This document shows, piece after piece, positions 22,363-32,156 of a DNA stretch of 64,000 nucleotides. Made by a program: the position numbers and the translations under genes. Under the pieces are notes generated by a model that was given only the letters and a program-made list of their open reading frames with translations, had not been told where the DNA came from and searched no databases. The stretch's first letter is position 1, and each line of letters begins with the position of its first letter. The stretch is from Convolutriloba macropyga (Eukaryota): positions 1-64,000 of the forward strand of contig NW_027453069.1 of assembly GCF_964194025.1 (NCBI RefSeq). The letters run 5' to 3'.

Positions 22363-25300
22363 ATGCCAGTCACTACCAGGGCAGGCAGTAGATCGGAGGC
22401 GTCACGAGCTGTTGATTTTGCAGAGGACGCGGCTTCTTCCAACACACCTGGAGAGGCACCGCGCCGGTCAGCAGGCACCATTGTTGATGCCTTTCACGAC
22501 ACCGCCGTCCGTGCCCAGGAGGGTGATCTCAAGACCTTCGGCGGGACAAATCAAAATCTCCCAGTATGTGCGCGGTATCAGAACCCGCAACGTACACCGT
22601 TCACCGAGTGGTTCTATGAGAACTTCACGCCCAACGTTCTGGTGCCCATGTCCCGACGCAAGTCTCGCAGACTCCAACCCCACGAGGAGTACGACTACCT
22701 TCATCAGTATCTGGACAAGAGTGACACCCAGATAATGTACGCGGCACGTAAAGCCAGTTTGACCCAGGAGCTTCATCTGCAAAGCCTGATTGTGGATGAC
22801 ATTCGGCCAAACACCATGCCGGACATCACAAATGAAGAACTGGCGACGTGGCGTTACAACCAGGCTACAGCTCATGAGTACAGGATGCTCATACATGAGC
22901 TCGGGGAGTTGACACCCAAGCCGATCATGAAGGTAGCTCTGGAGGAGATGGTACGGGACGGGCTGGCCGTGAACCCCAGTACTTTTGAAGACCGCTACCG
23001 CAGTGTTGCAGAGCGGATCAGTGCTTCAGTACAGTGGACAGAGCTCAACTTACAGTTTTTCCTGAAACTGGTTCATCCCTGGTTGAACACAAGCAACCTG
23101 GGGACCAAGAAAATTCGGGACACCATGGAGGAGTTGGGTGCGGTTCTGTACAGTGAGACAGACCAGCTGGAACCCATCAGGAAGAAGGTTGAGACAGAGG
23201 AGAAGACTACCATGAACATGGAGCTGGCCTTCCGCGAGTTGGCTAACCGATCCCAGACCCTCCATGGTACAACTGTGGATCCGGTGTTGCTCAGCATTGG
23301 TTTGGGCCTACCAGCCAGTGCCGATGGGAGTCTTCCGAGTACAGATGTAGCCCCGCCAAAGACCAAGCCAGCCAGTGATGGCAAGGCTAAGGCCGAGACT
23401 ACTCTGAACGGGCAACGAGGCATCTACACCCGCAACGGGAAGGTGTTTTTGCCCCTGTGTAAGTCGTGCACGGCTCAGGCTTCGCGCGCAAAGTATCACA
23501 ACCCCAGCCATTGCCCCAGAGCCAAGAAGGACGACGAGGCTACCACGAACGTGGCAGCGGGCGGCGAGCCAGCCCCCAACACCAAGGGCAAGGGCAAGGT
23601 TGGAGGAGACGAGTCTTCGGATCAGGTCTCCAAGTTGGTTTCGGAGGTGTCGAAGTGTCTGGCGATGATGCAGAGATCGCCCGGCATTCCAAACCTGGAG
23701 TGCTGGAACTGTGGAGAGAAGGGCCACGGGTACTGCGAGTGCCCCAAACAGCTCTCCATGGCTCTCCAGCAACGTCTGACTTTGCGGCCTGTTGAGAAGG
23801 CGCGCAGAGAGAGGTACCTCGCGGCTCATTCAAAAGGCGGTAAGACTGCTAAGGCATCTGCTTCTGACAGCAAAGCGCCACTACGCAGCGCCCTGAAACC
23901 CAGCGTCGAGAGTCTGCAACAGCAGCTGGTCAAGATGACCGAGCAGCTGCAAGCGTTGCAACAGCCAGACAGCGGTTCCACGAGTGTGGCCAGAGAGTCC
24001 AAGTCTGATCGCCATGTTCATTGGCCAGACATGGAAGAGTTTGAGATGGGCGGTGACAGCAGTGATGCTGGCACCGTGACACATATGCAGGGCTATGATC
24101 AGGTGGCCAACCCACCGCCCCTGGCCTCTGCTATGTTCCAGTTGGGATCAGCGCTGGCGGACGCTAGCGGCCAGTCCCAGTACGGAGTGAAGGGGATGAA
24201 GTGGCGGAAGACAGCTGCAAACGAGGCGGGCACCGAGCCCCCGCCCCAGCCCGAGTCATCTGACACGGCACAGCAGCCCGCCCAACAGCAAGTACCTCAG
24301 GAAGTCCCTGCGGAGAGACCGCGCCCCCGGGGCCGGCCCAGGGTGTTGCCGAGAGGCAATCAGAGGGATCCCGGCCGAAGGATGGAAGTTCCTGGCTGGG
24401 ACCAGCAACGGTCCATGTTGGATCACCGACCTGTGGGATTTGAGCCAGCAGGCATGCAGCCGGATGCTGCTCCTGCTACACATGGGACAACTGGAACTGA
24501 TCGGGCACCTAACAGAGAATCCCGACAGCTACGCCGGGAGCAGATCTACCATGCTCTGAAGGCAGCCCTCCAGAACGCCCGATTCAGAAATTTGGATGTG
24601 AGTGTGGTGACAAACACGGATGAGCACACACGCAGGCTCTGGAACCAAGCCCGGAACCAGGCCTTGCTTGGAGTGCTGGACAGCCGTGATCCATACTCAG
24701 TTGCGTGGGATGCAGCTCTGCAGGGTTGTGCAACACACTTCTTTGCAGCCGCAAAGCTACAGTTGTATGACCTGCTCCAAGATTTCTCCTCGATCTATCG
24801 AGCTGCAGTCCAGTCTGTTTTCAGTGTTACGCTACCAGAGAGTGTTGAGTTCCCGTGGGAGCTGCCAGATGTGATGACCCTGGAGGAGGCAGCAAGAGGC
24901 GGTCAGCCACCTGTCGAGCCGACCCGCCAGTTGCCCCAGTTACCCCCGTCATCACCACCAGGAGCCCCACCACTGGCACCGCCGCCATTGATGGAACACA
25001 TGTCTGTGGACGAGGAAGGGGCCGCAGCCCGTACGCAGGGCCCCACGACAGTGGCCAGCATGACACAGCTGGGCCACACTTTGGCACAAGGACAGCCAGC
25101 ATGCTTCAAGCGCACGCTCTGTCCAGTGGAAGCGCGTAAGCAGCTGACCCCTACCGAGTGGCAGGCACGCCGGCAACGCTGGCGGGCTCACACTGGCAAG
25201 CAGCCGGTGTACCGCCGCCCTGGGTGCAGCAACATTCGCATGGATCTCACTACCATTGAGATCTGTGGGCTTCCAGTAAAGGCCGGCCTTCTTGATGGTG

Positions 25301-28300
25301 GGGCTGACGTGGCCAGCTTGAACAAGTCGTTCGTTGACCGCCTGCCTCCTCACATCCGGACTATGTTGGCAGCGTTCCGCATGACCGGGATACACGGCAC
25401 TGCAGAATGCCAACAGTTAAGAGGGCCAGGCTTGGAAGTGGCGATTAACCCAGGCACAGATTGGGGGCGGGTCATCGAGCACTGGCCCCGCTTCGCCATA
25501 CTTGACAGCCCTGATCTCCCCGATGTCATCATCGATACATCACTGATGGGAGCCTTGGGAGTGTTTCAGATCTACGACGGCCATCACGCGTTCTATCAGC
25601 TGGACCCTGACTCCGGCGAGTGTGGGGAAATCCCGCTCGAGCGCGCAGCGCTGACAGCCACAGCTTCTGAACTCCTCAGGACCCTGCACAAACCGACCGC
25701 CGCTACTGCGTCACCGGTTTGGGGGGGGGAAGGCATGGGTTCACACTATGACCCAGTCAATTCTTTTTCGGATTTCAGTGGTCACTTGTACTTGGCACGA
25801 GCTGAAAGCTCACACAGCCAGCCGAAGGACACAGGCACATCGCTCAGAAGCCGTATACCTTCCTGGACTGACCAGCGCCAAGCCAAGGGCCCAGCTTTGG
25901 ACTCGCTACGCAGCAAGGTGACAGCCGCGCAGTTGGCAGCAATCCCAGCCCTACCCCACACTACACCTGAAAAGGTCTTTGTGGCAGATCTCCGGCGCTA
26001 TGGAGGCAAGTCCGGGGCTCAAAGGGAGCTCCACGTATGTGCTGGTGACCTTACTACCCTTGCACAGAGATTGCAAGATGGGGTCCACATGGAGGATGTT
26101 CAGATCATGGACATCAGGTACCAGGACAGTAAGGAGAGACAGCGGGCACGTAGCCAACTCAAATGGCTACACGACAGGTACCCGGACGGGTTACCAGAGA
26201 CAGCCATATCAGACTGCTTCAGGCTGGCACGGGTGGTCAACCATGATGCAGCCAGTCTCACAGCCCCTGTCGTCATGGAGTATTGTGGTCGAGTGGACCA
26301 TGTGGCAGTGGAGTTTCCGTGCACCGACACATCTTCACTGGGCTACCAACTGGGTCTGAGAGGCAGCCGCACAGGGATCATAGTCCCGATTGCCGAATGG
26401 CTGTTGGACCTCCAGTTCATCCTGGCCGTGGACCGAGGATTTGCTGACTGGAGTGCAGCCCCTGCCCAGTTTGGATGGACGATTGAAAATGTGGACTTCC
26501 GACCGACTGCGCGAAGCAGCCCTGAAGTTCACGAGGCTTACGATTGGATGAAGAGAGTTTTCGGTGAGCCGGTGAACCATGAAATTCACCTAGATGGAGA
26601 CCCGACTGCGCGTACGTCCCTGTGGTGGTGCAACATGTTCACCCAGGACTACTACCACTCAGTCAGGGATCAGTTTCATCGTCCACTCACAGAGACTTTT
26701 GATCAGGTGGTGCGCGAGATGACCGGCGGCAAGCTGGCAGCACAGATCGCCTCAGTGGACAACCCACACACTTTGATGGGTGGCCTGAACCAGCCAGGGG
26801 AACGCATGATTGTAGCCCCCAAGATGGTGAGCCGTCCGGATACACAGTCCCAACGCGTGGACCCAGAGACGGGACGGCCAGGGGCTGGCATGCTTGAGGT
26901 GGTGGGCAGTGTTCCCAGGCAGTACGTACGTTGCCCAGCCGTCATCCGTGAGCGGTTGCTGAAGGCTCAACCTGGCTTCTACACGCGTCCTGAGCTGGAC
27001 CGCACAGAGGACCAGATGGTCAGAGCAATCGGCAACATTTGCGCGCCCACATCGGTTTCTTGTATTACCCGAGTCCAGGTGGCGTATGCCCACCAGAGGG
27101 AGTTTGAGGCATGGCTCAGACTGCAAGCTAGCTCCCTGCGCCTGGATGGAACCGGACAACGGAAAGCAGTGCAGGCCCTGCAGCAGTCAACCCGTGAGTC
27201 AACGGTGACAGACCCCGACTACACCGTCAAGTTACAGCGGCTCAACGCTACCGCCAAGCGCCAGTTGACAGCAAGAGCCAAGCTACACCGACACGGTGCC
27301 GGACTCACCGTTGCGGGACGCCACTGGCTCAACACAGTCAGGTTAAAGGCCAGAGAGGTTGAACGGAAGGCAGCAGCTGCCCGGAGGCAGGTTGCCATCA
27401 ACCGACTACGCCGATTGGGAAACAGTGATCCAGGAGGAACCGCGCCGAGGGCCAGCCACTGTGATCACCGTGCCCCGTTGTTGAACATTTTACAGTGGCT
27501 CAGTGTGGTTGCAGTCACTTGTGTGACAGCTTACGGATTGGGTACCAATGCGGGAGTGGCTATGCTGGCAAACCAGGCTACACAGGCACCAGTGCCTGAC
27601 CTGCCGACAGCAGAGCAGGAGCACGACCCGGCACCCACAGACCAGGTTTTGGCCCGTTGCTATGCCCACTTTGCTAACGAGCAGTTCACTGGCAAGGCCG
27701 AACCTACAGTCAAAGTACCCAGCAAGCTGGTCAACCAGAAGGATGGGATCAAGCACGAGTGGGAGGTGTCAGAGTCCTTCACCAGGGCAAAAGAGTTTGC
27801 CGCCATGATGGACGAACACCCCGACACATACGCTTGGACACTCAAGGGACTGAAGCCTGTAAAGGCAGATCCCTATGAGTTTGAGTTGGTGGACGACAAC
27901 CCTGTTTTCAAGCGGCAGTACCATCTCGCCAAGCGGGAGCAGGACTTCGCCGACGAATGGGTGAAGGAGTTGGAGGACGCCGGGTTGGTGCGGGAGATCA
28001 ATTCTCCATATGCAGCTCCTGTGGTGGTGGCCCCGAAGAAGGATGAGTCTGGAGCATGGTCAGACCTGCGGTACGCCATCGACTATCGCGGGCTCAACGA
28101 GAAGACAGTGCGGGACCAGTACCCCTGCCCCACTGCAGAAGAGATCATGGCCAGGATGGAGGGAGCCACCCGCATCACAACCTGCGACGCCTTCAAAGCC
28201 TTCCATCAGCTGTCAGTTTCAGAGAAATGCCAGAAGTCTATGGCTTTTCATGCTGGCAACAGGTTGATGACTTGGACGCGTATGCCGTTTGGGCAGACCA

Positions 28301-30270
28301 ACAGTGTGGCCGCGTGGCAGCGGGTGATGGACTCAGCACTGAGAGGCATCCCCTATGCAGCCGCATATGCAGATGATGTGATCATCTGGTCGGGAGATGA
28401 TGAGCAGGAGCACATTGAGAGGGTGCGCGAAGTGATGGCAGCTCTGAGGAAAGCTGGCATCCAGGTGGCAGCCAAGAAGTGTCATCTGGGCCTACGCCGC
28501 ATCGAGTTTCTGGGCCACATCGTGGGTACAGGAGGCATCGAGCCGATGTACTCCAAGGTGGACGCCATCAACCGCCTGCCGCCGCCCAAGAGCCAGACGG
28601 AAGTGAGAGCTTTCCTGGGGATGGCGACCTACTACTGCAGGTTCATCCCAGCTTTCCACAAGTACAAGGGACCTCTCACCGCTCTCACCAAGAAGGATGT
28701 CAGATGGAGCTCTCAGACATGGGGACCCGACCAGCAGGAGGCATTCCAACAGATCAAGGATCTGCTCGTCTCCGCGAAGGTGATGCGCAACCCAGATTGG
28801 AGTAAGCCATTCATCTTACACACTGACTGGTCCAAGTCAGGTGTAGGGGCTACTCTGTCACAGGTGGATGATGACGGTGTGGAATACGCCATCGCGTATG
28901 CTTCCCGGACCAACAGCCCTGCAGAACAGTCATTTTGCAGCTACGAAGGGGAGGTCAGTGCAGTGCACTACGCGGTGCAGCGGTTCCGCTACTACCTGTG
29001 GGGGAGGCGTTTCAAGTTGATCACTGATTGCAAGGCCATGCAGTGGCTCCGGACTACCGCGAAGCTTCGCGGTAAGCTAGCGCGATGGAGCCTGCTGCTC
29101 GCCGAGTATGATTTTGAGATTGTTCATCGCGCCGGCAAGGACAATGTGGTACCAGACCTTCTCAGCCGCCTGCCCACAGAGGACCTGCGCATGACAGAGG
29201 ACACAGATGGGTCACTCACCGGCACGGCCAGCTACACAGCTCAGCATCCGGCACCCACTCAACAGCAGCAACGCTTTGCAGCTTTGCAGGCAGCAGCAGC
29301 TTTCGTGGCCGGCAGCACTGATGTATTGGCCCTGACAGAGGACCCTGGCACACGTGACATCTATGAGTCACCAGTGGCAATCAACTTTGTCAGAGGTGAC
29401 CTCAACAGAACTGATGTGACTTCCCAGCAGTGGACCAAGTTACAGTCACGGTGGAGGGCGTACAGCTATGCCAGAGACAAGGTCTGGAGGACCATCGGCA
29501 AGCACGGCGCTCTAAAGCTTGAGGTGCCACCACCTGAGGAGAGAGTGGACATTATCAAGAGGGTTCACCACAAGATCGGGCATCTTGGCAGGGACCGTAC
29601 CTACCATATGGTGTCCTGGTATTATTGGTGGCCGGGCATGCATGCCCAAGTTGCTTCTGTGTTGAAACAGTGCCTACAGTGCGACCGTGTCAGGTCCACA
29701 TTTTCAGTCAAGCATGATCGTCTGAAGCCAATGCCAATCTTCGGCATGTTCTACCGGTTCAGCATCGACTCAGCAGGCCCTTTTCGTCCCAGCAGCACCG
29801 GCATGCAGTATGTTGTGGTGATTGTGGAGCATTTCAGCAAGTGGATCGAGCTGGTTGCTATACCGGAGCTCAACCCAGCACAGACAGCTCGTGCGTTCCA
29901 GGAGCGAGTGCTAGCTCGGTATGGAGCACCAGTGGAGTTAGTGTCAGACAACGGCCAGGAGTACCACGGAGAGTTCTCAGACCTCCTGCGCCGCCATGGA
30001 GTCGACCAGTTGGAGATACCTGCAGGCAGGCCGTCTACGAACGGGATGGCAGAGCGCATGGTCAAAGTGCTCAAGTCTGCACTCAAGAAATTTGTGGAGA
30101 ACCAGGGAACACTGACCTGGGATACGTGGCTTCCAGTAATCGAGTTCATAGAGACAAGACAAGACTCTCTCCATTGTTGGAGCAGTACAATTTCTTTCTT
30201 TTTACACCCGTACACTGACACACAGTACGTCCACGGCAAGCGGCCATTATTCTTTAATTATTATCTCTAG
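22363..30270 (+). CDS. Gag-Pol polyprotein with inserted C5-cytosine DNA methyltransferase domain (2635 aa; last ~40 aa probably read-through into flanking DNA)
   Basis: Zn knuckle CWNCGEKGHGYCEC (23701). Protease LLDGGA (~25290). DNMT motifs at 26020-27040. RT: SPYAAPVVVAPKK, IDYRGLN, MPFG, YADD (28366). RNase H: FILHTDWS, EGE, ITDC, DLLSR. Integrase: H-x3-H..CLQC, IDS, SDNG, NGMAER. Confidence 0.93.
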   Translation: MPVTTRAGSRSEASRAVDFAEDAASSNTPGEAPRRSAGTIVDAFHDTAVRAQEGDLKTFGGTNQNLPVCARYQNPQRTPFTEWFYENFTPNVLVPMSRRKSRRLQPHEEYDYLHQYLDKSDTQIMYAARKASLTQELHLQSLIVDDIRPNTMPDITNEELATWRYNQATAHEYRMLIHELGELTPKPIMKVALEEMVRDGLAVNPSTFEDRYRSVAERISASVQWTELNLQFFLKLVHPWLNTSNLGTKKIRDTMEELGAVLYSETDQLEPIRKKVETEEKTTMNMELAFRELANRSQTLHGTTVDPVLLSIGLGLPASADGSLPSTDVAPPKTKPASDGKAKAETTLNGQRGIYTRNGKVFLPLCKSCTAQASRAKYHNPSHCPRAKKDDEATTNVAAGGEPAPNTKGKGKVGGDESSDQVSKLVSEVSKCLAMMQRSPGIPNLECWNCGEKGHGYCECPKQLSMALQQRLTLRPVEKARRERYLAAHSKGGKTAKASASDSKAPLRSALKPSVESLQQQLVKMTEQLQALQQPDSGSTSVARESKSDRHVHWPDMEEFEMGGDSSDAGTVTHMQGYDQVANPPPLASAMFQLGSALADASGQSQYGVKGMKWRKTAANEAGTEPPPQPESSDTAQQPAQQQVPQEVPAERPRPRGRPRVLPRGNQRDPGRRMEVPGWDQQRSMLDHRPVGFEPAGMQPDAAPATHGTTGTDRAPNRESRQLRREQIYHALKAALQNARFRNLDVSVVTNTDEHTRRLWNQARNQALLGVLDSRDPYSVAWDAALQGCATHFFAAAKLQLYDLLQDFSSIYRAAVQSVFSVTLPESVEFPWELPDVMTLEEAARGGQPPVEPTRQLPQLPPSSPPGAPPLAPPPLMEHMSVDEEGAAARTQGPTTVASMTQLGHTLAQGQPACFKRTLCPVEARKQLTPTEWQARRQRWRAHTGKQPVYRRPGCSNIRMDLTTIEICGLPVKAGLLDGGADVASLNKSFVDRLPPHIRTMLAAFRMTGIHGTAECQQLRGPGLEVAINPGTDWGRVIEHWPRFAILDSPDLPDVIIDTSLMGALGVFQIYDGHHAFYQLDPDSGECGEIPLERAALTATASELLRTLHKPTAATASPVWGGEGMGSHYDPVNSFSDFSGHLYLARAESSHSQPKDTGTSLRSRIPSWTDQRQAKGPALDSLRSKVTAAQLAAIPALPHTTPEKVFVADLRRYGGKSGAQRELHVCAGDLTTLAQRLQDGVHMEDVQIMDIRYQDSKERQRARSQLKWLHDRYPDGLPETAISDCFRLARVVNHDAASLTAPVVMEYCGRVDHVAVEFPCTDTSSLGYQLGLRGSRTGIIVPIAEWLLDLQFILAVDRGFADWSAAPAQFGWTIENVDFRPTARSSPEVHEAYDWMKRVFGEPVNHEIHLDGDPTARTSLWWCNMFTQDYYHSVRDQFHRPLTETFDQVVREMTGGKLAAQIASVDNPHTLMGGLNQPGERMIVAPKMVSRPDTQSQRVDPETGRPGAGMLEVVGSVPRQYVRCPAVIRERLLKAQPGFYTRPELDRTEDQMVRAIGNICAPTSVSCITRVQVAYAHQREFEAWLRLQASSLRLDGTGQRKAVQALQQSTRESTVTDPDYTVKLQRLNATAKRQLTARAKLHRHGAGLTVAGRHWLNTVRLKAREVERKAAAARRQVAINRLRRLGNSDPGGTAPRASHCDHRAPLLNILQWLSVVAVTCVTAYGLGTNAGVAMLANQATQAPVPDLPTAEQEHDPAPTDQVLARCYAHFANEQFTGKAEPTVKVPSKLVNQKDGIKHEWEVSESFTRAKEFAAMMDEHPDTYAWTLKGLKPVKADPYEFELVDDNPVFKRQYHLAKREQDFADEWVKELEDAGLVREINSPYAAPVVVAPKKDESGAWSDLRYAIDYRGLNEKTVRDQYPCPTAEEIMARMEGATRITTCDAFKAFHQLSVSEKCQKSMAFHAGNRLMTWTRMPFGQTNSVAAWQRVMDSALRGIPYAAAYADDVIIWSGDDEQEHIERVREVMAALRKAGIQVAAKKCHLGLRRIEFLGHIVGTGGIEPMYSKVDAINRLPPPKSQTEVRAFLGMATYYCRFIPAFHKYKGPLTALTKKDVRWSSQTWGPDQQEAFQQIKDLLVSAKVMRNPDWSKPFILHTDWSKSGVGATLSQVDDDGVEYAIAYASRTNSPAEQSFCSYEGEVSAVHYAVQRFRYYLWGRRFKLITDCKAMQWLRTTAKLRGKLARWSLLLAEYDFEIVHRAGKDNVVPDLLSRLPTEDLRMTEDTDGSLTGTASYTAQHPAPTQQQQRFAALQAAAAFVAGSTDVLALTEDPGTRDIYESPVAINFVRGDLNRTDVTSQQWTKLQSRWRAYSYARDKVWRTIGKHGALKLEVPPPEERVDIIKRVHHKIGHLGRDRTYHMVSWYYWWPGMHAQVASVLKQCLQCDRVRSTFSVKHDRLKPMPIFGMFYRFSIDSAGPFRPSSTGMQYVVVIVEHFSKWIELVAIPELNPAQTARAFQERVLARYGAPVELVSDNGQEYHGEFSDLLRRHGVDQLEIPAGRPSTNGMAERMVKVLKSALKKFVENQGTLTWDTWLPVIEFIETRQDSLHCWSSTISFFLHPYTDTQYVHGKRPLFFNYYL
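26000..27090 (+). other. C5 DNA methyltransferase-like domain within the polyprotein
   Basis: Motifs appear in canonical order: I ELHVCAG (26026), IV EFPCTDTSSLG..GLRGSRTG (26311), VI IENV (26482), VIII ARTSLWWCN (~26608), IX IRERLL (~26945), X RAIGN (~27022). Confidence 0.8.
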
Positions 30271-30374
30271 TAGTCTTATTACTTACTAGTACTTACTAGC
30301 CATAGTAGTACGTACAACTCCCCCTGGTACGAGTACTACCACTTACCAGTTTTTTTTTTGGTTTTTTCACCCCT

Positions 30375-30622
30375 TGTCAGAAGGGTACAAATCATCCGTA
30401 CCCAGGTACCTAGTACCTACCAAGAACGAGATACACGCGCTTCAGAATTCCGTCATCCTGTTTCCCATACTTTCCGTCTGACTCCCTTTTTCTCTCTTTC
30501 CGTCTGATTCCCAGCGCTAGCTTTCCAAGTATCGCGCATATGCTCTCTTTCTCTCGATCAATCCGTCCCTATAAATATAGTTGTTTCCACATGATGTAAC
30601 ACATTAACACAGGATTCTAACA
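30375..30622 (+). repeat. 5' LTR (248 bp)
   Basis: tgtcagaagggtac...ggattctaaca; contains TATAAATA. Confidence 0.95.
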
Positions 30623-30874
30623 TGGTTTCGGAGCAGTAATATCCTGGGATATCCTTCATTTCTGGTACTCTACCGCCTGACAATTACAAACTCACTGACA
30701 AGAATCTACTCTGGACAACTGAACCCGACCTGGCCTGACCTGGACTCTTATCTGATCTACTGGACGTTCTTACTGCCGAACTGCCTGCTGGACGACGTAC
30801 CCTACTCGGTACCTCGGAACTCCGTACTCTGAAATTCCTGAACCCGACCGGGACGGCCCGCGACTCTGCCGAGC

Positions 30875-32119
30875 ATGCCGCCGAAACCTGCTGCCGGCCA
30901 TGGCCCTGTCGGGGCCGCCCCTGGCACTCCGACTCCAGAAACTCTGGCATCACTGACTGCTCGCATCGAAGAACTGGAATCGCTCGCTAAACAGCAAAGC
31001 GACGAGCCACGACCAAGACAACTAACCTATGGGAAACTCGTGTCCCCAGGACCTTTCTCCCTGCCCCACAGTCGCCTTACTGACGAAAACCTTTCTTCTC
31101 GAACTTACACCAAACTGAAGTGTTCTCTGTACCCCACCGGTTTTGTCCGTTGTGACCCTAACAACCCTCCGGAAGGTTTGAAGGGGGTGAAACCCGCCGA
31201 TGTTCCTACTTTCCAGGGGACTGATTTTCCTGAATTTTCCAAATTAGCACTGTTCAACTTTATGGCGGGCTACGACCCCATCCTCACCGAGGCCCTACTA
31301 GCCGTTCATGATGAACATCCAACCAAGGCCCACAACATGTCTACTCAACGCCAAGCCCTCCAACTACTCAAGAGTGCCCTAAGCCCCTACCAACCTGCCG
31401 CCGATCTGCTTTTACTCGTACCTTATGAGAGCAAACTGCCTGCCGCCGATGCCTGGAGCATGGTCCACACCCATTTTACTCGTGGTATCCTACTAAGTCT
31501 TGGACGTCACCTGCGAACATGTATCTCCCCACAATATTCTTCAGAGACCGCGATTTCTTACATTCATCGCGTTCTACTCGCTCGCGAAAATTGCCACTCA
31601 ATTCTCCCAAACTGTGTCTCTGATGATTTGGCCAGCGTCCTAATCCTTACAGGATTATCGTCCATGTACGCGAGTACTGCAGAAAAATTGTGCGCGAACT
31701 ATCTGGACACCGTCCCCTTCATCGATGAAATTCGTACTATGATCCTACTTAACCAAGGCTATGACAACGAGCACCTCCCCAAGACCTACTCAAACCCTCA
31801 GCAGACCCCTCCGAACCCTCCAGCAGGGTCTCCGGCCGTTCTGACCACTGCCGCGCCATCTTCCAAGACCCCACCAAGCCCTTGTTTTCATTGTGATCAG
31901 CCCGGCCACTGGGCGTGGGCATGCCCTAACCCTAAGGACCCAGTCGCTTTTGCCTCATGGAAAAAGGCTCGCGAGGAGCGCCGCTTCAAGGCTCGCTACC
32001 CTACTGCTCAAACACCCAACCCTAAGGTCCAGGATAACCCTACCGTCCAGATCAGCTCCGTCCCAGCGGGGGACAGTTCTCCCCATAACGATCTCTTCGG
32101 GTTCGACTACAGTGGCTAA
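30875..32119 (+). CDS. Copia-type Gag protein with CCHC zinc knuckle (414 aa)
   Basis: Capsid-like segment DAWSMVHTHF..ETAISYIHRV..VSDD..ILTGLSSMY and knuckle CFHCDQPGHWAWAC. The stop lies ~37 bp before the 3' LTR, with no pol. Confidence 0.85.
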   Translation: MPPKPAAGHGPVGAAPGTPTPETLASLTARIEELESLAKQQSDEPRPRQLTYGKLVSPGPFSLPHSRLTDENLSSRTYTKLKCSLYPTGFVRCDPNNPPEGLKGVKPADVPTFQGTDFPEFSKLALFNFMAGYDPILTEALLAVHDEHPTKAHNMSTQRQALQLLKSALSPYQPAADLLLLVPYESKLPAADAWSMVHTHFTRGILLSLGRHLRTCISPQYSSETAISYIHRVLLARENCHSILPNCVSDDLASVLILTGLSSMYASTAEKLCANYLDTVPFIDEIRTMILLNQGYDNEHLPKTYSNPQQTPPNPPAGSPAVLTTAAPSSKTPPSPCFHCDQPGHWAWACPNPKDPVAFASWKKAREERRFKARYPTAQTPNPKVQDNPTVQISSVPAGDSSPHNDLFGFDYSG

Positions 32120-32156
32120 ATCTACGTACGAGTACCTGGCTACGTCTGAGCGGGGG

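Larger units (their letters stand above)
20320..30146 (+). mobile_element. Ty3/Gypsy LTR retrotransposon carrying a DNA cytosine methyltransferase domain, 3'-truncated; 5' boundary uncertain
   Basis: Single ORF with domain order Gag, PR, DNMT, RT, RNase H, IN. Tentative 5' LTR from ~20320/20380 to 21040 (..CA), followed by TGGTGACC at 21043 (possible PBS). No matching 3' LTR seen. Confidence 0.85.

Noticed and set aside
30375-30622. LTR at 30375 as the missing 3' LTR of the Gypsy element
   Set aside because: It matches 32157-32404, not the region upstream of the Gypsy ORF, and has its own PBS, PPT and TSD.
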